Assembly: GCA_965216875.1 (NCBI GenBank)
Contig: OZ244207.1
Span: forward strand, 5,888,001-5,952,000
DNA from: Rubripirellula sp.
Lineage (GTDB): Bacteria > Planctomycetota > Planctomycetia > Pirellulales > Pirellulaceae
DNA: 64,000 nt
Direction: 5' to 3'
The notes beneath the pieces were generated by a model, which saw only the letters and a program-made list of their open reading frames with translations, did no database searches and was not told the origin of the DNA. The position numbers and the translations under genes are program-made. How positions within the stretch are numbered: the first letter of the stretch is position 1; every line of letters starts with the position of its first letter. Shown piece by piece: positions 57,237 through 64,000 of this stretch.

Positions 57237-59800
57237 CCTCGCTCCAGTCGCTTGATCTCTGTTTCAACATCCTCGCCTTCATAAAACCAAAGGCCTCCGG
57301 TGACTTCGACGGTTTCTCCTGGTGGGCAATCGGGAAAGATCGGATCGGCGTGAATGCAGGGAACCGGCGGGTTGGCCCAAGCTCGATTGAGAGGACTCCA
57401 GGAGGTGATCAACCAACGCGGTGATTCGTCCGCTTTGACGGCGATGAACGAGTCGCGTGCGAATTGAGCTCGCGGACTCTGTGACTGAAAACCAACCAGC
57501 CCTTTCATCATCACACAGACTTGTGATCGCAGTCCGGTGAGCTTTTCGTCGGTTCCATTGCGCAACCACATTCGCATCTCGACACCATCGTTGCCGTTGG
57601 GTTCGACTTCGCTTCCAAAGGTGATTCCGTTTGGAAGTTCGCGTTCAAACGAATACCGATCTCCGTTTCGCTTCCATTCGACTTTGTCGAGTTCAATCCC
57701 CTGCTCCGTCCAGATCGTCGGGATGTGTTCATGAGCCAGGTAGGTCAAACCGAGATTTGAAAAGATCGCTTCAGGAGTATCAACGACGACATAGCCGCCC
57801 TCTCGCCAGGGTGGAAAGATGCTGATTTTGGTGTCGCGTTGCGGGTCGATTGCTCCATCCAAGAAACCACGGCGGGGATGCCGGCCGCCTGGATACGGCA
57901 TCAGACGCAGCTTCGGTGGATCCTCTTTTGCGAATCCTCGCAACGTCATTTTGTTGACCAGATCGCGAGCTTCCTCAATAGGCATGCCTGTCGCCGCGCG
58001 TAGCTCGTGTGCCGTGAAGCGATGATGCATCACCATGTTCTCAAGCCATTGTTTGCGTCCCAGGATTCCGGTGAGCGGTCGCGATTGACGCTCGACTGCT
58101 TCTTCGTCCTCCAGTTCAGGAATGCTGCGATAGAACTCGAGTGCATCCTGGTACTCGGCCATCGCCGCTTCCGACACCACTCCGCGGCTGCGCAACATTT
58201 CGTCCCGCATCCGATTGACTAAATACTCTTTTTCTTCCGGTCGTATCTTCACCGGTTGATCATCGACTTGAACGTACCAGGGTGCAGTGTGTGCGAATCG
58301 CGGTCGCACCGCCGCCGACACTTCCTTGGCAGGCTCCTGTTCCCAAAAACGAATCGCAAACCAGCCGCTTCGATTCGGCACGTGGTACGTTTCCACTTCG
58401 CTGCGATAGGCTCCCGACTTGGTGCGATTGTTTTGAACGCGCAACAGCTTTTCAGGGCGACCATTGACAATGAGCTCGCCAAACCCAAGCGGTCGCTCGG
58501 ACATCGTTTCAATCTTGATCGGAATCGCAGCTTCTTTCTTCGAATCAATGAAAAAGCGTGTTCCAGGATCGTGCTCTGCTGCCTTCGCGAAGACCATTGG
58601 TCCCGTCGTCACGAACGAGCGTCCTTGTTGCAATCCTTCGCGCCAGGATTGGTAGTTGAACCCGTCAGGAAGATGGACGTAGACGCGGCCGAAACCGGCT
58701 GGGACGGGATGCACGCCGTTTGCAGTCCCTGCCGTTGGCGGCATCTTCAATCCGCAATTCAACAGCGAGTAATACATCCCCCAGGTAAACTCGATCCACT
58801 GGCGTTCGTTCCCCTCCGAACCACCGAAGGGAGGCTGAATAAAATTCGGCGCTGGCGTGTACCAACGTCGAAAACCGAACTCGGTGCGCCACATATGGTT
58901 GTTCGCCAACTCATAGGTCGCATCAGGCGCGATCGTTGGCAACAGCATTGCAAAGGGCCACGCGTTCTTGTCCATGTCAAACAAGACGTCGGGATCAGCG
59001 CGTCGAGATGCATCGACGACGGGTCGCCAGGGCGGAACGGTTAACTTGAGCGGACCCTTGTGACCCAAAACAAAGAGCGCACCAAGCGTGTGACGTTTCC
59101 CACCGACCGAAAAGATCTCGTACTCGGTATTGCGCGGCCAAACGACGTGGTGGTCGTCAATCACATGAAGCTCATCAGGAATTTCACCCACAACATTCTT
59201 GTTGCCTGCTGCGGGGGGCGTTTCCGCGATCGTCACCCAGTTTGTTAGCGGGAAAGCGACGTTGAGATCTTCAGCCATGACAACGTTGTCAATCTCGTCG
59301 AGCGTTCGATGAAGATGCGTGTCACCCGAATACCAACCGCGATCAGCCATGTTGATCCAACGATGAATCGGTGCCGTCAGAGCAACGTCGGCGTCATCTA
59401 CGATGAACGATTGCCGCAAGGTTTGGTATTCCTTGCCACGCCGAACGACCAACGTGTATTCACCGGGCGGAACCAGCGCGAAACTGGGGTGCGCCGAAAC
59501 GGTCGTGTGGTGCTCGATCGAGTTTTTATTGTTCCAGTTTTGTTTCTCGTACCGAGCGGCCGAACCAATGTCACTGGTTGACTCGAAAGAGTAATGTTTG
59601 CCCGAGTCATCAAAGAGGTAGACGCGCGCCGGAAGCGGCTCTTTCGTTTCGGCATCGAGAATCGTGAGCGAGACTCTGCGCTGCGGAAGCTCACTCCGTT
59701 GAAGCTTCCTCTCTTGCCCCGAATTCTCCTGCCCAGTCTTCTCTTGGGCAGATACGGGAACCGCGAACAAACCAACCAACAGAAATAGAAGAGTTCTCAT
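57218..59800 (-). CDS. CehA/McbA family (PHP-like) metallohydrolase with C-terminal extension
   Basis: GWYSGDTHLHR; AEDLNV; TAGTANGV; FGRVYV; GRSFVTTGP; FAHTAPWY. Confidence 0.82.
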   Translation of the reverse strand: MRTLLFLLVGLFAVPVSAQEKTGQENSGQERKLQRSELPQRRVSLTILDAETKEPLPARVYLFDDSGKHYSFESTSDIGSAARYEKQNWNNKNSIEHHTTVSAHPSFALVPPGEYTLVVRRGKEYQTLRQSFIVDDADVALTAPIHRWINMADRGWYSGDTHLHRTLDEIDNVVMAEDLNVAFPLTNWVTIAETPPAAGNKNVVGEIPDELHVIDDHHVVWPRNTEYEIFSVGGKRHTLGALFVLGHKGPLKLTVPPWRPVVDASRRADPDVLFDMDKNAWPFAMLLPTIAPDATYELANNHMWRTEFGFRRWYTPAPNFIQPPFGGSEGNERQWIEFTWGMYYSLLNCGLKMPPTAGTANGVHPVPAGFGRVYVHLPDGFNYQSWREGLQQGRSFVTTGPMVFAKAAEHDPGTRFFIDSKKEAAIPIKIETMSERPLGFGELIVNGRPEKLLRVQNNRTKSGAYRSEVETYHVPNRSGWFAIRFWEQEPAKEVSAAVRPRFAHTAPWYVQVDDQPVKIRPEEKEYLVNRMRDEMLRSRGVVSEAAMAEYQDALEFYRSIPELEDEEAVERQSRPLTGILGRKQWLENMVMHHRFTAHELRAATGMPIEEARDLVNKMTLRGFAKEDPPKLRLMPYPGGRHPRRGFLDGAIDPQRDTKISIFPPWREGGYVVVDTPEAIFSNLGLTYLAHEHIPTIWTEQGIELDKVEWKRNGDRYSFERELPNGITFGSEVEPNGNDGVEMRMWLRNGTDEKLTGLRSQVCVMMKGLVGFQSQSPRAQFARDSFIAVKADESPRWLITSWSPLNRAWANPPVPCIHADPIFPDCPPGETVEVTGGLWFYEGEDVETEIKRLERGVSRTR

Positions 59801-59832
59801 GAGCCAGCCCGTTTCGTCTTTTTCATTCGAGG

Positions 59833-62800
59833 CTAAGGTTCGACCACCATCGTGCCGTTCATCACCATCCAGTGTCCTGGAAACGTACACAGGAAGGGAT
59901 ACTTGCCCGGTTGTTTGGGTGCGGAAAAGTAGATCGTGAACTTGGCATAGGGCGCGACGACATCGGTAAACGCAAGCACGTCGTCGGTCTTGGGAATGTA
60001 GTGATTCGCTGCAGCTTCGGGATCGGCGATCAACTTGTTGGTCAACTCACCGACACTCTTGAGTGTCCCCGGTTTGAGCAGCGCCCAGTTGTGTGGGACC
60101 GCATCGGGATTCTCGAACGTCAACCGAATCGGCTCGCCCGCTTTGACTTTGAATTCGGTCCGGTCGAACATCAAGTTCTTTGCAGCCTTGATCGTAATCG
60201 GCCGGGCATTTTGACGTGCCTTGCGATGAGGGTTTCGCTTAGCAACCAAGGGCCGCGCCAAGTCGGCCAGGATCGGGTGCGGAAGAACGATTTTGTCTTG
60301 GGGTTGGTAGCCATCAAAGTCAACGAAAGGCTCGTCGAGTCGATGGACGGTCATGAAGAGGTCATGCGCGTCTTTGGATGAGGTTTGAAGGAGCAGGTGC
60401 AATTGATTGACGGGCTGTAGGTCAGGAATTTCGACAAAGACGGTTCGGCCATTTTCGACGACGTGTGCCGAAGTGATCTCCAACACATCATGCCCGCGCA
60501 GACCAAGTTGCCGCGTCGAGTACTCGGGCGAACCATACGCGCCGCTGTATCGGTAGTTCCATGCTTGAGCGAGATGAAGCTTCGTCCTTTGAACCGTTTC
60601 CTCATCTACGTCCGACGAGAACTCGACCTTGATTCCGTTTTCGTGAATGTGAAAACCGATCGGAATGGGCTTTGCGTCGCCGGTGAAACGCACACGCTCG
60701 AAGCTACCGTCGTCGGTGGTGTAGGTTCCCCAGCCCCCCATACCTGAAACGTAAAGCTGGCCATCAATGGGATTGAATCGCCCCCGGTGAGCGCCCGATG
60801 CAAACTCGCCCGCGATCGGCACGACGGCACCCTGAACCCAGCCATCGAATTCATCTCGCAGCAACAGAAACGCTCGGCCCGCACCAAAGGAAAGATGCAC
60901 CATGTTGTCCTTCGCTGCGCCCCATCGGTCGCTCTTCACAAAGACTTGGCCGCCGGAAGAATTGTCCAAACCGCGAGGCAGGTACAACATCGGAAGTTCA
61001 GGCGGGTGCTTTCGACCAAGCCCGGGACGTCCAAAGAAAGGCACGCCTCGATCGTCGTTTTGCGAAGCGATTTGGATTCGATTCAGCACGGGACCATCAG
61101 GCCGAACGGCGGCGATCATTGATGCCGGCATCCAATCCCCTTCACTACTCGGGATCGTCAACATCCCGTCGGGATGCCGACCGATTCCATCGGAATTGCG
61201 AAGCCCTGTTGCAACCACCGCGGCCGATTGTCCATCCGATGCAATCCGCATCACACCCTGTTTTCCCGACGCGGTGTAGAAGCGACCGTTGGGATCACGA
61301 GCGAGTCCACAAGTGAAGTCGTGGCCGCCTGCTGAGGTCGCCAACGCATCGGAATAGTTTTCGTAAAAGTCGATTTCGCCGTCGCCATCGAGATCGTGCA
61401 AACGGGTCAACCGGTCTCGTCCGATCACAAAAATCTGGTCGTTCTCGACGACGACTCCCAGTGGCTGTTGCAATCCCGAAGCGATCCGCCGCCAAGTGAC
61501 GCTTTTCAATTGGGCGTCGATGCCGGAGGCGCGCCAAACGTCGCCCTGCATCGTGGTAATGATCGCCGAACCATCGGACAGGAAGTCGTGGCCGGCACAA
61601 TACAGAAGTGCTTTCCAGGGGTTATCGACAGGCAATTCAATTTTGTCGACCGCGTACGGACCGCCTTGGCCGAGTTTTCCCGCCGTGACAAACGTTTGAT
61701 CCCACTGAGCTCCACCGCCGTCGGTGAGTGACGCCATCGAATGTTGGTCCCGCGGCGCGATCTCACGTTTCAGTTTTCCATCGACAAGGCTGACGCAATC
61801 AAGGTACTCGGCTCCGTCAACGCGGTAGCTGAAGATCACCTTTCGTCCATGACGATACATTCCGATGAACTTCGTATCCTGTGAATTGGCATCGACGGGA
61901 GACTTTGCAGCGGGCACATCAATCGTTCGGCCATCTTGGTTCAATCCTTGCATGAACCCGGCGCGAACGTCGGTGAATTTGACGAAACCATCTTTCCAAA
62001 ACCGCACATAGCGAAGTCGGTCGGGATCGAAACAGGCGGCGACCGCATCTTTGCCTGTGCCAATTCGGACGCAGATCCCACGAGCAACGGTGACGCCCGG
62101 CCCGCGAAACACACCACAGAGCAGGCTGCCCAGATCGCTCTCGTTCCAGCGTCCGTCGGCCCAAACCGGATCGGATTGATTGCCCCAGTGCCCGTAGCTG
62201 CCACCATCGAGCCCAGGGAATTCGGCAAGCAACGACGGCCGAGGCTCTACATCGCGAAAGTGCCGAGCCTGTTTGCGATAGAAATCGTAAACGCGGTCGC
62301 GATTGACATGCTCTTTCCAACTTGGCCATCGCTCGGGTTCAAGCGGATCGCGCGTAACTTCAAAGGTCGCAGGGTGGTGTCCGTGGGAATGCCCGAGCAG
62401 TGAATCGATTGCTTCAGCGCTCACCTGTTTGTGATGTCCCAATTCGCCGAGAAACGCGATCAGGTCAAGTTTGTCTTGTTCGGAATAGGTGGCCAACAAA
62501 CCGTCGGGCATCACGGTGCCGATCTTCCGAAGCACTTCGATATCTTCTTGAGCAATCTCGATGTCTTTTCCGGTCGTGCTGTCACGAATCGTCAAGACGT
62601 CGTCGGTCTTTGACACGATGTAGCCACTCTTGATTTCGCCATCAAAAGTCAAGATCGAGACCGCTTCATACTTTTCGTCGACCACCTTCTTGGGATAGAC
62701 GATTGATTCGGCAATGTGAAAGAGCTTTTGTTTCTTTCCGACCTCGGTCAGATCGGGACCGATCCTTCCGCCATGCTTTCCCACCTTGTGACACGACAAA

Positions 62801-62973
62801 CATGCACTCGTTGGCGACGCATACAAAACGGCACCGCGAGCCGGGTTGCCACTGCGTTTCGCCGAATCGACCAAGTCGGCGACGACCTTGGCGTCGTACG
62901 GTTGTTGTGCTGAGACCGATCCGACGGCAGCAATAAGAAATGCGACCGAGAATTGTCGCAAGAAACAATGCAT
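59833..62973 (-). CDS. PVC-type c-type heme-binding protein with propeller-like region and C-terminal blue-copper (azurin/auracyanin-like) domain
   Basis: CLSCH; IGPDL; VMPDGLL; DLDGDGEID; ATGLRN; C-terminal PHNW...CTFPGHWMVM copper ligands. Confidence 0.85.
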   Translation of the reverse strand: MHCFLRQFSVAFLIAAVGSVSAQQPYDAKVVADLVDSAKRSGNPARGAVLYASPTSACLSCHKVGKHGGRIGPDLTEVGKKQKLFHIAESIVYPKKVVDEKYEAVSILTFDGEIKSGYIVSKTDDVLTIRDSTTGKDIEIAQEDIEVLRKIGTVMPDGLLATYSEQDKLDLIAFLGELGHHKQVSAEAIDSLLGHSHGHHPATFEVTRDPLEPERWPSWKEHVNRDRVYDFYRKQARHFRDVEPRPSLLAEFPGLDGGSYGHWGNQSDPVWADGRWNESDLGSLLCGVFRGPGVTVARGICVRIGTGKDAVAACFDPDRLRYVRFWKDGFVKFTDVRAGFMQGLNQDGRTIDVPAAKSPVDANSQDTKFIGMYRHGRKVIFSYRVDGAEYLDCVSLVDGKLKREIAPRDQHSMASLTDGGGAQWDQTFVTAGKLGQGGPYAVDKIELPVDNPWKALLYCAGHDFLSDGSAIITTMQGDVWRASGIDAQLKSVTWRRIASGLQQPLGVVVENDQIFVIGRDRLTRLHDLDGDGEIDFYENYSDALATSAGGHDFTCGLARDPNGRFYTASGKQGVMRIASDGQSAAVVATGLRNSDGIGRHPDGMLTIPSSEGDWMPASMIAAVRPDGPVLNRIQIASQNDDRGVPFFGRPGLGRKHPPELPMLYLPRGLDNSSGGQVFVKSDRWGAAKDNMVHLSFGAGRAFLLLRDEFDGWVQGAVVPIAGEFASGAHRGRFNPIDGQLYVSGMGGWGTYTTDDGSFERVRFTGDAKPIPIGFHIHENGIKVEFSSDVDEETVQRTKLHLAQAWNYRYSGAYGSPEYSTRQLGLRGHDVLEITSAHVVENGRTVFVEIPDLQPVNQLHLLLQTSSKDAHDLFMTVHRLDEPFVDFDGYQPQDKIVLPHPILADLARPLVAKRNPHRKARQNARPITIKAAKNLMFDRTEFKVKAGEPIRLTFENPDAVPHNWALLKPGTLKSVGELTNKLIADPEAAANHYIPKTDDVLAFTDVVAPYAKFTIYFSAPKQPGKYPFLCTFPGHWMVMNGTMVVEP

Positions 62974-63045
62974 GGCAAAGTTGTCTGGCAAAGAGGAAGG
63001 TGACTTGCGGCGGGACTCGCAAGTATACACCGACCAGAACGTGGC

Positions 63046-63933
63046 TCACGACTCGAGTTCGTCGAGTGTCTTGGGCCAGTCGTCTTTCAACAATCGAGCG
63101 AGCGAGCGGTCAGACAGAATCCTGCCCTCGGTTTGGCATCCTGGACAATAATTGCATTCGTTATCGGCGTATCGGATGCGTTGCACCGGTGCCTGGCAGA
63201 CGGGACATTCTTCTTTGAATTTCCCGTGGACAGCCATTTCCGGGCGGAACGCAGTCACCTTTTCGGGAAACGCCTCGCCGGTTTGTTCACGCAGTCGATC
63301 GATCCAGGTCGTCAATGTCGTGACCGCAGCAGCGTGCAACCTGGCCGTCTCGTCATCGGACAACTGCGACGTCCGTTTGAGTGGTGACAGTCTTGCTGCG
63401 TGCAGAATCTCGTCTCCGTAGGCGTTGCCGATGCCATCGAATCGTTTTGGATCGGACAACGCTCGTTTGAGCGTGTTGTTCCCAACGAGTAACTGAGTCT
63501 TGAAGTCATCGACCGTGCAACTCAAGACATCGATGCCGCCTGGGTCGAGTGCGTCGACGTCTTGAATCGTCGACAACACCCAAACGCCGGCCCGTTTCTT
63601 TTTCGCAACTTCGGTCAACACCATCACGCCGTCGTCAAAGTCCAGCGCCAACAGATCGCTCTTCCCTCGCGCGCCGTAGCCAACCTTCTTCCAGTGAAAA
63701 CGGCCGGCAATCATCGGATGAACGACGACAAACGGCCCTTCACCAAAATGCCACACGATCCGCTTGCCACGTCGCGAAAACTCCGTGACCGCTTTGCCGA
63801 CGACCGATTCGATCGGTGGATCAAACGTCCTCAATACGAAGGGGCTGCGGACACGGACATCACGCACCACTTGGCCACCAAGCAGTCTTTCAAGCGACTC
63901 GACATACAAGGTCACATCAGGAAGTTCCGGCAT
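63046..63933 (-). CDS. Fpg/Nei family DNA glycosylase
   Basis: N-terminal MPELPDV; RRGK; GIGNAYGDEIL (H2TH); zinc finger CPVC...YCPGCQ. Confidence 0.92.
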   Translation of the reverse strand: MPELPDVTLYVESLERLLGGQVVRDVRVRSPFVLRTFDPPIESVVGKAVTEFSRRGKRIVWHFGEGPFVVVHPMIAGRFHWKKVGYGARGKSDLLALDFDDGVMVLTEVAKKKRAGVWVLSTIQDVDALDPGGIDVLSCTVDDFKTQLLVGNNTLKRALSDPKRFDGIGNAYGDEILHAARLSPLKRTSQLSDDETARLHAAAVTTLTTWIDRLREQTGEAFPEKVTAFRPEMAVHGKFKEECPVCQAPVQRIRYADNECNYCPGCQTEGRILSDRSLARLLKDDWPKTLDELES

Positions 63934-64000
63934 GGCGTCCCGAGTACCAAGGGTAAAGGCATGCGCCAAACAGAATGGTCACGACACCCACAATCGCTTG

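Overview
Gene-dense window of a planctomycete chromosome, probably Pirellulaceae. This is inferred from a DUF1501 gene, a DUF1549/DUF1553 gene, a planctomycete extracellular motif, three sulfatases and an ECF sigma/Ser-Thr kinase pair. The backbone is mostly signalling and carbohydrate catabolism: a hybrid histidine kinase with an unusual REC/AAA+/Ser-Thr kinase/zinc-finger fusion, GntR-ROK-deoC, a type III PKS with a flavin oxidoreductase, three CehA/McbA-like metallohydrolases, a sialic-acid locus (lyase, Kelch-SSS fusion, AGE epimerase), an orphan DNA methyltransferase and an Fpg/Nei glycosylase. Five non-obvious structures stand out. (1) A GxxExxY (PD-(D/E)XK-like) gene is boxed in by ~170-bp hairpin-forming repeat units, resembling a REP/RAYT system with a different enzyme. 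(2) An ~8.1-kb island without an integrase sits at tRNA-Arg(TCG), with a duplicated tRNA 3' half and candidate arm-type sites. (3) An ~140-bp inverted repeat pair encloses a single gene, near an unannotated 33-aa hydrophobic ORF. (4) Several GTAG-type REP mosaics occur, one family supplying the stop codons of three genes. (5) One pseudogene has lost its middle. Family assignments come from motifs read by eye; no database searches were run, and several start codons are my choice.
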